Assembly (NCBI RefSeq): GCF_963921235.1
Contig: NC_086097.1
Location: 181,600,001-181,664,000, forward strand
Reading direction: 5' to 3'
Source of the DNA: Mobula hypostoma
Taxonomy: Eukaryota
DNA length: 64,000 nt
Shown here piece by piece: positions 1 through 11,043 of the stretch (its first letter is position 1; each line of letters opens with the position of its first letter). A model generated the notes under the pieces. The model ran no database searches. It was given only the letters and a program-made list of their open reading frames with translations, and had not been told where the DNA came from. The translations under genes were made by a program, and so were the position numbers.

Positions 1-608
1 CTTCATCAATCATGGGATTGAGTTTAAGAGCCGAGAGGTAATGTTACAGCTATATAGGACCCTGGTCAGATCCCACTTGGAGTACTGTGCTCAATTCTGG
101 TCGCCTCACTACAGGAAGGACGTGGAAAGCATAGATAGGGTGCAGTGGATACTTACAAGGATGTTGCCTGGATTGGGGAGCATGCCTTATGAGAATAGGT
201 GGAGTGAACTCGGCCTTTTCTCTTTGGAGCAGTGGAGGATGAGAGGTGACCTGATAGAGATGTACAAAATAATGAGAGGCATTGATCATGTGGATAGTCA
301 GAGGCTTTTTCCCAGGGCTGAAATGGCTAGCATGAGAGGGCATAGTTTTAAGATGCTTGGAAGTAGGTACAGAGGAGATGTCGGGTAAGTTTTTTTTTAC
401 ACAGAGTGGTGAGTGCATGGAATGGGCTGCCGGCGGCGGCGGTGGAGGTGGAAACGATAGGGTCTTTTAAGAGACTCCTGGATGGCTGCATGGAGCTTAG
501 AAAAGTAGAGGGTTATGGGTAAGCCTAGGTAGTTCTAAGGTAAGGACATGTTCGGCATAGCTTTGTAGGCCGAAGGGCCTGTATTGTGCTGTAGGTTTTC
601 TCTGTTTC
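1..608 (+). mobile_element. CR1 LINE 3' fragment (ORF2 C-terminus and 3' UTR)
   Basis: ORF 41-388 reads LYRTLVRSHLEYCAQFWSPHY...RMRGDLIE, a CR1 ORF2 tail motif; ends in a GTTTTCTCTGTTTC tail. Confidence 0.9.
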
Positions 609-609
609 A

Positions 610-1005
610 ATGAAAGTGGTGTCACTGGTAGATAGGGCTGTAAAGAAAGCTTTTGCCACATTGGCCTTCATAAATCAAAGTATTGTGTACAGGAAATGGG
701 ATGTTATGTTGAAGTTGTATAAGATGTTGGTGAGACTGAATTTAGAGTATTGTGTGCAGTTCTGGTTGCCTGCATTCAAGAAAGGTATCAATAAGCTTGA
801 AAGAATACAGAGAAAATTTCCAAGGATTTTGCCAGAAATTTGAGGACCTGACTGAGTTACAGGGAAAGGCTGAATAGGTTAGGACTTGATTTCCTGGAGT
901 GCAGGTGAACGAGGGGAAGATCTTACAGAGATGGACAAAATTATCACGGTTATAGACAAGGTAAATGCTTGCAAGCTTTTCCCCTGAGGTTTGATGAGAC
1001 TAGAA
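610..1005 (+). mobile_element. CR1 LINE ORF2 C-terminal fragment
   Basis: LYKMLVRLNLEYCVQFW motif; degraded. Confidence 0.8.
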
Positions 1006-3012
1006 TGTGTGGTGATAGGCTTAGTATGAAATTATGATGCTATTAAGCAGGAACTTGGGAACATAAATTGGGAGCGGATGTTCTCAGGGAAATGCATGGC
1101 AGGATTGTGGCAAATGTTCAGGGAACATTTACATGAAGTTCTGCATAGGTATATTCCATTGAGGCAGGGAAAGGATGGTAGGGTTAAAGAAACATGGTGT
1201 ACAAAGTATGTAGAAAATCTAGTTAAGAAAAGCTTACAAAAGATTCAAGAAATTAGGTACTATTAGAGCTCTGGAAAGTTACAAGGATGCTCGGAAGGAG
1301 CTTCAGAATGGAATTAGGAGAGCCAGGAGGGGTCATGAGAAGGCCTTGGTGAGCAGGATTAAGGAAAAACCCAAGGCATTCTACAACTATGTGAAGAGCA
1401 AGAGGATGAGCTGTGTGAGAATAGGACCAATCAGGTGCAATAGTGGAAACGTGTGCATGGAGTCAGAGGGTGTGGCAGAGATATTTGCTTCAGTGTACAC
1501 CAGGGATAAAGACCTTGGCAATTGTGGGGATGACATACAGCAGACTGAAACGCTTGAGCATATAGACATTAAGAAAGAGGATGTGCTGGAGCTTTTGAAA
1601 AGCATTAAGTTGGATAAGTCACCAGGACCGGATGAGATCTACCCCAGGCTACTGTGGGAAGCGAGGGAGGAGATTGCTGAGCCTCTTGCAATGATCTTTG
1701 CATCAATAATAGGGATGGGAGAGGTACCGGAGTATTGGAGGGTTGCAAATGTTGTTCCCTTGTTAAAGAAAGGGAGTAGAGATCACCCAGGAAAGTTTAG
1801 ACCAGTGAGTCTGACTTCAGTGGTGGGCAAGTTGTTGGAAAAGATCCTGAGAGGCAGGATTTATGGAGAAACATAATCTGATTAGGGTAGGGATACTCAG
1901 CGTGACTTTGTCGAGGGCAAGTCGTACCTTACGAGCCTGATTGAATTCTTTGAGGATGTAACAAAAGGCATTGATGAAGATAGAGCAGTGGATGTAGTGT
2001 ATATGGATTTCAGAAAGGCATTTGATAAGGTTCTTCATGCAAGACTCTTTCAGAAAATAAGGAGACATGGGATCTAAGGAGGCCTTGCTTTGTGCATCCA
2101 GAATTGGCTTGACCACGGAAGGCAAAGAGTGGTTGTAGATGGTTCGTATTTTCCATGGAGGTCGGTGAACAGTGATCTGTTCTGGGACCCCTCCTCTTTG
2201 TGATTTTTATAAATGACTTGGATAAAGAAGTTGAAGAGTTTGCTGATGACACAAAGATTGGGGGGTGTTGGGGATAGTCTGGAGGGTTGTCAGTGGTTAC
2301 AGCAGGACATCAATAGGATGCAGAACTGAGCTGAGAAGTGGCAGAAGGACTTTACTCCAGACAGGTGTGAAGTGGTTCATTTTGGTAGGTCCAATTAGAA
2401 GACGGAATACAATATAAATGGTAAGACTCTTGGCAGTGTGGAGGATCTGAGAGATCTTTGGGTCCATGTCGATAGGATACTCAGAGATGCTGCGCAGGTT
2501 GATAGTGTTGTTAAGAAGGCATATGGTGTGTTGGTATTCATCAACTGTGGGATTGAGTTCAGGAGCTGTGAGGTAATGTTGCAGCTGAATAAGAACTTGG
2601 TCAGACCCCACTTGGTGTACTGTATTCAGTTATGGTCAGCTCACTACAGGAATGATGTGGCTACTATAGAGAGAGTGCAGAGGAGATCTGCAAAGATGTC
2701 GCCTGGATTGGGGAGCGTGCCTTATGAGAATAGGTTGAGTGCACTTGGCCTTTTCTCCTTGGAGCGACAGAGGATGAGAGGTGACCTGACAGAGGGAGTT
2801 TTGTTAAGATGATGAGGGGCATTGATCGTGTGGATAGCCAGAGGTTTTTTCCCAGGGCTGAAATGGCTAACATGAGGGGGCATAGTTTTAAGGTGCTTGG
2901 AAATAAGTACCAAGGGGATATCGGGAGTAAGTTTTTTTACACAGAGCGGTGGATGCATGGAAAGCATTGCCGGCAGTGGTGGTGGAAGCGGATACAATGG
3001 GGTCTTTTAAGA

Positions 3013-3780
3013 CAGCAGTCCCCAACCACAGGGCCGCAGAGCATTTGCTACCGGGTTGTGAGGAAACGATATGAGTCAGCTGCACCTTTCCTCATTCCCT
3101 GTCACGCACCGTTGAACTTGAACATAGGGTTGCCAACTGTCCCGTATTTGCTGGGACATCCCGTATATTGGGCTAAATTGGTTTGTCCCATACGGGACCG
3201 CCCTTGTCCCGTATTTCCCCCGCGAAGGTTGAGCGTTCCTATGAAACCTTTTGTGCCGAAATGGGGTGAAGCGAAGAAGCAATTACTGTACCATTAATTT
3301 ATATGAGAAAAATTTTTGAGCGTTCCCAGACCCAAAAAATAACCTAATAAATCATACCAAATAACGCATAAAATCGAAAATAAATAACACTAACGTATAG
3401 TAAAAGCAGGAATGATATGATAAATACACAGCCTATATAAAGTAGAAATAATGTATGTACTGTATAGTCGGGAAGATGAAGGCAAAAGGATTTGTGGGAG
3501 AAAGAAAAATCAGCATGTACGCGCATACGCACATCACGCATGCACATGTGTGCCCGCGTAAGGCTTCGTGGTCATGGTAGTCTTTCCTGGGGTAAAGTGT
3601 CCCGGGATTTGACTGCTACTTTTGTCCCTTATTTGGGAGTGAGAAAGTTGGCAACCCTAACTGTAAAAGACATGTTGAGGTGAGTTTAACCCTACTTGAA
3701 CACCCCCCTGGTTGGCCGGTCCGCAAGAATATTGTCAATATTAAACCGGTCCGCGGTGCCAAAGAGGTTGGGGACCCCTG
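3013..3780. mobile_element. Non-autonomous hAT DNA transposon (MITE)
   Basis: Terminal inverted repeats CAGCAGTCCCCAACC / GGTTGGGGACCCCTG; perfect 8-bp target-site duplication (TSD) TTTTAAGA at 3005-3012 and 3781-3788. Confidence 0.92.
3125..3659. mobile_element. Second TIR element nested inside the hAT MITE
   Basis: Perfect 14-bp inverted repeats TAGGGTTGCCAACT / AGTTGGCAACCCTA; subterminal GTCCC/GGGAC motifs; no TSD visible. Confidence 0.75.
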
Positions 3781-4199
3781 TTTTAAGAGCCTCTTGGATG
3801 GGTCTGTGCAGCTATGCACCAGGGAAATTCTAGACAGTTTCTAGAGTAGGTTACATGGTTGGCACAACATTGTGGGCCGAAAGACCTGTAATGTGCTGTA
3901 AATTTCTATGTTCTAAAAGAAAAATATTTAAGGGGAACCTGAGGGTGAACTTATTCACTCATAGGATGATGAGACTGTGGAATTATCTGCCAGGCAGAAA
4001 ACCAGTGATATGCACTAGATGGGCTGAAGGGCTGGTTTCTATGCTCTATTCTCCTAGAGACAAGGTTCTTATGTCCAACATAAGATGCTGGAATTGATCC
4101 TAATGCAGGGTTTCAGTCTGGAACAGTGACAAGTCCTTTCCTCAGCTGGTGGTTTGGTCATTCCAGATTCCCTGGCTTACATGAATAAAACAGACAAGG

Positions 4200-7100
4200 G
4201 CCAGCATTGTAGCAGCCATTGTCTGAGTGGACAAAGTTAGAGTGGTGCTCTTCGAGCTTCAGTGAAGAGGGGTTTCAGTCAGAGAAAGCAAAAAAAAGAT
4301 AAGCTCTAGGTAAAGTTTTTTTTTCCTTCCTACTTTATATCTGCTCAGCTAGGACAGTAGAGATGCCAGGCAGGATAGTGGAATGTTCCTGACAACTGTA
4401 ATGGCGAGAAGTGCATCCAGCTGCAGCTTCTAACAATCCCTGTTAAAGAGTTGAGCTGGAACTGGATGAACTCTGGATCATTTGAGAAGCTGAAAGGGTG
4501 AGTGAAGAGTCAGTTACACCCAAGCCCAGGACACAGGAAACTGGGTGACAGTCAGGAAAAGGTAAGGAGTTAAGGAGCCAGATTAGAGTTTCCCTGTGGC
4601 CATCCCCCTCAAAAACAGATCTATCAGTTCAGATACTGTTGGGTGCGTGACCAAACAGAGGAAAGTCACAGTGGTCAGGTCTCCAGCACTGCTGTGACTC
4701 AGAAGGGAAGAGAAGAGGCACGCTGTGTAATAGGGGATTCGTTAGTTAGGGGAACAGACAAGAGGTTCTGTGGGCGAGAATGAGATTCATGAATGGTATG
4801 TTGCCTGCAGAGTACTCTGGGACATCTTGGATCAAGTCATCAGCATTCTTATGTGAGAGGGTGAATGGCCAGAGGTCATGGTCCACGAAGGGTTCCAATG
4901 AAATGGGTAGGGCAAGTGATAAGATTTTGCACAGGGAGTTCGGTGGTTAGGTGCTAAGTTAAATGTCAGGACCTCTCGGGCTCTGATCTCAGAATTGCTA
5001 CCCGTGCCATGTGCTAGTGAGGCCAGAACTAAGAAGATCATACATTTTAGCACGTAACTAAGGAGTTGATGTAGGAGGGAGGGCATAAGATTTTTGGATC
5101 ATTGGGCTCTCTTCTGGGGAAGGTGGGACCTGTACAGGAGGGATGGTTTGCACCTGAACTGGAAGGGGACTAATGTCCTAGTGGGAAGGTTTGTTAATGC
5201 TTCACAGTGGAGTGTAAACTAGAGTTGCAGAGGACTGGGAACCAGAGTGCCAGGACAGTTAAGGGAGATGTTGTGGAGACAAATGTTAGTAAGACCTCAT
5301 ACAAACTCAGGAATCAAAAGGTTTGAGCATGGTGCAACTAGTATCCTGAAATGTGTATATTTCAATGTAAGGTAGCATAGGAAAGGTAGATGAGCTCAGG
5401 GCATGGATCAACACCTGGAATTATGATGATGTAGCCATTAGTGAGACTTGTTTGCAGGAGAGGTGGCTTTACTAGTCAGGGAAAATGTCATGGCAGTGTT
5501 CTGTCAGATCAAATTGAAGAATTCAACTCGTGAAGTGTTATGGGTGGAACTGAGAAATAAATGTATGACCACGTTAATGGGGTTATATTACAGACCACCC
5601 AACAATACCAGAGATTTAGAGGAACAGATTTGCTGAGAGATTGCAGACTAGTGCAAGAAACATAAGGTTGTTATAGTAGGTGATTTTAACTTTCCACATA
5701 CTGACTGGGAATCCCGTACTTTTGAACGACTAGATAGGATAGAGTTTGTCAAATGTGTTCAGGAAAGTTTCCTTCATCAGTACATAGAAGTCCCAACAAG
5801 AGAGCATGTGATGCTGGATCTGCTGTTCGGGAATGAGACAGGGCAGGTAACATAAGTTTATCTAGGGAAATACTTTACATCCAGTGACCACAATGCCATT
5901 AGTTTTAAAGTAAATATGCACAAAGATAGGTCTGGTCCAGGGGTTGAGATTCTAACCTGGAGGAAGGCCAATTTTGATCTGGAAAGTGTGGATCGGGACA
6001 GGAAAAGATGTATTTGAAAAGCGGGACCCCTTCAAAAATGAATTTTTGAGAGTACAAAGCTTGTATTTGTCTGTCAGAATAAAAGGTAAAGACAATAGGT
6101 GTAGGGAACCTTGGTTTTCACAAGATATTGAGGCCCTGGTTAAGAGAAAAAATGAAGGTGCATGGCAGATATAGGCAGGTAGGAACAAATGAGGTGCTTA
6201 TGGAGTATAAGAAATGCAAGAGAACGCTTAAGAAAGAAATCTGGAGGATAAAAGAAGGCATGAAGTTGCTCTAGCAGACATGGTGAAGGAGAATCCTAAG
6301 GGATTCTACAGACATGTTAAGAGCAAAAGGATTGCTAGGGACAAAATTGGTCCTCTGGAAGATTAGAATGGTAATCCATGTGGGCCAAAACAGATGGGGG
6401 AGATCGTAAATGAATTCTTGGCATCTGTATTTATTCAGGAGACAGATACAGAGTCAATAGAAGTGTAGCAAAGCAGCATCAACTTTATAGACCCTGTACG
6501 GATTACAGAGGTGGTGGTGTAGGACCAACCAGGGTAGATCTTCCACGGTGAACGGTAGGGCAACAAGGAGTGTGGTAGAACAAAGGAATCTGGGAATATA
6601 GGTCCATAATTCATTGAAAGTGGCATCACAGGTAGATAGGGTCATAAGGAAAGCTTTTGTCACATCGGCCTTCAAAAATCAATGTATTGAGTACAGAAGA
6701 TGGGATGTTACGTTAAAGTTGTCTAAGACGTTGGTGAGGTTTAATTTGGAATACTGCGTGCAGTTTTGGTCACCCACCTACAGAAAAGATGTAAACAATG
6801 TTGAAAGAGTACAGAGATATTTGTAAGTATGTTTGTTGGGTCTGGAGGACCAGAGTTATAAGGAAAGATTGAAAAGGTTAGGACTGTATTCTTTGAAATG
6901 TAGAAAATTGAGAGGAGAGTTGATAGAGGTATATAAAATTATGAGGGATATAGATAAGGTAAATGCAAGCTTTTTCCACTGAAGTTGGGTGGGACTACAA
7001 CCAGAGGTCATGGGTTAAGAGTGAAAGGTGAGAAGTTTAAGGGGAAATTTCTTCACTCAGAGGGTCATGAGAGTGTGGAATGAGCTGCCAGTGCAAGTGG

Positions 7101-7260
7101 TGGATGTGAGCTCGATTTCAACATTTAAGAGAAATTTAGATTGGTACATGAATAGGAAGGGTATGGAGGGCAACCTGGTGCATGTTGATGGGAGGAGGTG
7201 GTTTAAATGGTTTGGCATGGACTAGATGGGCTGAAGGGTCTGTGATTCTATGATTTGATG
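4200..7260 (+). mobile_element. Degraded CR1 LINE with ORF1 (esterase-like) and endonuclease; RT core deleted near 6530
   Basis: VIGDS and DGLHLN ORF1 remnants (4725-5160), endonuclease motif GLYYRPPN (ORF 5448-5636), then a jump to the ORF2 C-terminus and tail. Confidence 0.85.
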
Positions 7261-7380
7261 TGTTGTACACAGAGCTGGGAGGGTGGGGTTGGAGTCGGGG
7301 TGACATCCCCAGCCCCCCAGTGGAGGTTTGGAGTCCAAGAGAGCTGTGACTCGGTCTCATTCTCTCTCCGTTCACTGCAG

Positions 7381-7449
7381 AAGCGCAAGGGGTCGGGTAA
7401 GGTCGGGGGTCCCTCAGCCAAAGCCAGAGCCATGGGCCACGTCAGCTCG
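7381..7449 (+). CDS. ubtfl: UBTF-like gene, third-last coding exon (KRKGSGKVGGPSAKARAMGHVSS)
   Basis: Pyrimidine tract and CAG acceptor, GTGAGT donor, 69 bp, phase 0; resembles the basic KRK...GP..K linker before the UBF acidic tail. Confidence 0.75.
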
Positions 7450-7479
7450 GTGAGTTATCACATCCTGATTCACATCACC

Positions 7480-7870
7480 CAACCACAGCCCCACCCTACC
7501 AAATAATACTCTCCCTCAACCCTTCCCTCCTTACAGTTTCCCCCATTCCCCCCAGCCCTCCCCTCCCCCATCCTCCCCAACTTTATCTTCCTTACCCAGC
7601 AACTTTCAACTCCATCTCTCACCCTCTCTCCCTCCCACACCCAACCTCCCTCCTTCCCCAGTGACACTGAACTCCTCCCTCATCCTTTCCTGCCCTCCCA
7701 AATTTCTTCACCCTCACCCTCCATCCCTTTGTCTCCCTTACTAACCCCTCCTTCTTTTCCACACCTTCACCCTGTCCCTCACTCTCAATTTGCCCTCCGA
7801 CCTCCCTACCCCACAACCCATTCTCACCTCTCTCTCTCTCCGCCCTACCACTCAACACCACCTTCTCTCA
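7480..7870 (+). repeat. Polypyrimidine low-complexity intron
   Basis: ~400 bp dominated by C/T with very few G on the + strand. Confidence 0.85.
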
Positions 7871-7871
7871 G

Positions 7872-8006
7872 GAATCATCAGAGGATGATGATGATGATGG
7901 TGAGGAGGACGACGAGGATCCTGACAGGAGTGACTCTTCTGATTCCGATGAGGATGGAGTTGATTCATCGGGAACTTCTGACAGTGGATCCAACAGCGAT
8001 GATGCG
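7872..8006 (+). CDS. ubtfl: UBTF-like gene, penultimate exon (ESSEDDDDDGEEDDEDPDRSDSSDSDEDGVDSSGTSDSGSNSDDA)
   Basis: TTCTCTCAG acceptor, GTGAGT donor, 135 bp, in frame with both neighbours; acidic/Ser-rich like the UBF tail. Confidence 0.8.
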
Positions 8007-8025
8007 GTGAGTAAAACTCCAGTGC

Positions 8026-8124
8026 CACCCCTCCTGTGGTGGGACACTCCTCCTGTATCACCCCTCCCCCACTGGAACGCTCCTTCAATATCACCCCTCA
8101 CAGGGTGGGATGTCCCCTCGCTTT
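8026..8124. repeat. Degenerate 33-bp tandem repeat, 3 copies, intronic
   Basis: CACCCCTC recurs at 8026, 8059 and 8092 with similar internal sequence. Confidence 0.75.
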
Positions 8125-8338
8125 CGCCCGTGTTCTGGTGCAACTTGAAGCTTCTGCTGTCATGGCAACACGGGGGGGGGGTGGAGAGAAGAATAAGGGA
8201 GTAACTGAAGGTTGGGGGTCTGAGATGAGGATTTGGGAGGGAGGTAAAGCAGAAATAAGAACGAGAACGTAGTGAATGTGAATCAGGGAGAGGTCTGAGG
8301 AGGGAAATAATTAATCATTTTTGACCGTTTCTTTGTAG

Positions 8339-8449
8339 AATGAGGAGGAGGAGGATGACGACGACCAGTCTGAGGCTAGCTCTTCTGCCTCGTCATCGTC
8401 CTCTTCCTCTTCCTCGGATGATGAGGGCTCTGACTCTGATTCCGACTGA
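8339..8449 (+). CDS. ubtfl: UBTF-like gene, last coding exon (NEEEEDDDDQSEASSSASSSSSSSSSDDEGSDSDSD*)
   Basis: TTTGTAG acceptor, TGA at 8447-8449; matches the UBF C-terminal pattern NEE...SEGSSSSSSSS.D.SDSDS. Confidence 0.82.
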   Translation, partial: NEEEEDDDDQSEASSSASSSSSSSSSDDEGSDSDSD

Positions 8450-10215
8450 TACCTGTTTCGGAGGGTCGGTGCAATAGTTGGTGAGCGCAGCACTGGACTC
8501 GTTACTGTGGCAGACGTGGATTGGGCTCTGGATATTTGAGAAGCTCCTGTCATGCCTCCCAATGTCACCAGGACCTCAGCTCTCTGGACGTCTGTGTCAC
8601 AGCCTGTGGTCTGGGTATGACCTACTGTAAACATACTGGTTTCTCCTTGTGACTGGCAGCTCCTCGACCATGGATATTTACAGTTCTTTTAATGTTTTAC
8701 TCTACTGCCATTGTTTGGATCATAAATCCTGTCTGCAGTGCTGGGTGAGGACCTCAAGCCCTGAGCCATATGGATCAGTAACACCTTGATCAAGTGTGAC
8801 GTTAACCCAGATGCCCGGTCCTCTACTCCAGATCTGTCCGGCATGTCATTTCACTGCCTGAGGATTCAGTTCCTTGAGTTTGACCGCACTGCAGTTGTTG
8901 CTGGGGGTGATTTTCAGGGGGAGGGACAGATGAGTTTGGATTCCCCAGTGGAATTGAACTTGGAAATTTGAGGCTGATCGTTGCTTTATCTGCTCCTGGG
9001 TGAAGTTATTTCGGCACAGAGCAACTTCAGTAATGGGACCAACGAGGGTTGTACTGTAGATGAACGTTCAGCATAATATTTCTTTGTTTAATGTTGTTGC
9101 CTGAGGATTCTGCTGACTGAACTGCCCTCAAGATATTTAATGGGTAGGCTTTGGTTTGGAGAGTTCCAGCTTGTCTTCAATTCCTCGCAGTAGGTTTTGC
9201 CTACAGGGTTGCGGTTTAGTTCCATGTTTATAAGAGGTAGGTGTGGCAGATGAGCCCAGCCTTCATCACCCAGCCCTGTTTGGTCCTGAGGGAATGGGAG
9301 TAAGTTGGGTTCTGGAGCCCATGTTGCCTATGTTTGTATTGTGCTGTTCAGACCCAGAGATGGTGTGGGATCGGAAGTGAGGGTTCCAGCAGGAGGTGGG
9401 TTTGGAGGGTATTGCTGCAGTATCCTCATCTGGAAACTGTGGTATAAAATGGAGGGAGGAGTGACAGGGTGGCCAATAACTAGTTGCTCTGTATTGGACA
9501 GTGACAAAGCTTGAGTGAAACATGCTGTCACCCAGGCAAGTGGAGAGTGTTCCATCACACTCCTGACCTGTGGATGCTCGACATGTCTGGGGGTGACATG
9601 AGCAGAGGTGAGTGGGGTAGGTATAGGAGATGAAATGAGAGTTGGTGGGGGGGGGGTACTGCTTGACTGGACAATGTTGGGGCAGATTCTAGGGACAGGA
9701 GGGGAATGGGTAGAAGCAGAAAGCACCCCAGGGAATGGGGTCGATTTTATGTTTCCCTCTTGTAAAAAATCATGATCAACTTAGCCAGATGGTGTAGCAA
9801 AGGTTCGGTGGGCAGGAGAGACTTCAATTACTGGCATTAAATGACTTTTAATATGTTTAGTTACAAATCTGTATCATTTACTTTTATGTAAAGGACCAGG
9901 TGGTCTTCCCAACTTTAGACACTCCATGCTGGACCACAGGCTGTAAACTTTGTTCACATCTTGTGTTTGAAAGTTTGACTGTGTTGCTGTGATTTTTTTG
10001 CGGCAGTTTTATGTAGAAAGTTGCTTAATGTAATTCCAAAGCTGCTTGGGGAGCAGATCCTGGGGCCAAGCAGTACTGTGGAAATCCTGTAATTCGTCCA
10101 GTGGGACATTGTGGAAAACAGGTTTAAAATGGAGTTGCGAACTATCAGTGCTTCTATTGAAATGACAAGATCCTACATGGTTTCTGATGCTAACCAAGGC
10201 AGCTGGCAACTTCAC

Positions 10216-10221
10216 AATAAA
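10216..10221 (+). terminator. Candidate polyadenylation signal of the UBTF-like gene (3' UTR ~8450-10240)
   Basis: AATAAA at the end of ~1.8 kb of unique sequence, followed by GT-rich TGTTGTGTG. Confidence 0.6.
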
Positions 10222-10555
10222 CCTCAGTTGAAAACTAATGTTGTGTGCCTCCTGTTAAACATACTTTAACATAAAAACCAGCACCAGCCAATACTCCTGG
10301 CAGTGCAGAAGCTAAAACATCAAACATAGTTCCTGGTCTGAGTAACCTGTACCTATCAGTGTTGTAAGCAGACAGGCAAGTTATGAGCACCATGGCCTTT
10401 CAGTCTTTGGAATCTGCACCACCTCTCAGCAATGTCACAACTGATCCGAGTGTTCAAGGCCATTTTCATACCTTTCTTCTGTTCTTTTTTTTAATAGTGC
10501 AAGCACCAGGCTCAGCCAGCAAGTGTTTGTCTGGGGGAAAACAACTTCTGGCCCC

Positions 10556-11043
10556 GCCTAACTGAGAAATCTCGTTTGTGTGGATGTGTTGTCCGGTTAC
10601 AAATCCGCATCGGGAAATATCCCGACAGTACACCATATGCAATTAAATGATTGAACTTTATAAATCTTAATCTGGATAGAGGGTAAGTAAAGAAAATAAA
10701 AAGTAAAAGGGCCCATTTTATGGAAAAAGTCGAAAGTGCACATTGGAGCTCACTGATACAGTCATTCATTAACCTCCTCCGAGCGTCGCTGAACTTCGGA
10801 CCCTTGCTCCCAATCCACTCCATCTGGTGGTCTCCCAGCTCTCTCCACACGCGTCTTCCTTCTTCTCCTCTTGCCGACAGAAGACCGCAAAAATCTCTCT
10901 TCCAGACTCTCAAGAAAGAACAACATTTCTTCCATTGGATAACATACATTCTAAAGCCCCGTTATCTCTTGTCATAACCCAGACATTGCTGCTACAGAGA
11001 AACCATTACATTAGCAGTGAAATATTGCAGAGGGGCCATTACA
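10556..11043 (-). repeat. 3' LTR of the Gypsy element
   Basis: Homologous to 16852-17347; starts TGTAATGGCCCC on the - strand; polypurine tract GGTGGGGGAAAAGAG adjoins at 11044-11058. Left boundary approximate. Confidence 0.88.

Larger units (their letters stand above)
1025..3913 (+). mobile_element. 5'-truncated CR1 LINE (RT-containing ORF2 remnant), interrupted by a hAT MITE
   Basis: KSPGPDEIYPRLL, WRVANVVPLLKKG and [11 protein letters not shown] motifs, RT FADD remnant near 2240, TTCTATGTTCTA tail near 3904-3915. Confidence 0.9.

Noticed and set aside
8026..8124. Regularly spaced 33-bp motif as a CRISPR-like array
   Set aside because: Eukaryotic intron; the units are degenerate tandem copies with no repeat-spacer structure and no cas genes.
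8311..8634. Minus-strand acidic/Ser ORFs (8311-8634, 7868-8143) and + strand MMMMM ORF 7729-8010
   Set aside because: Antisense or off-frame shadows of the UBTF-like exons; the splice signals support the + strand frame.
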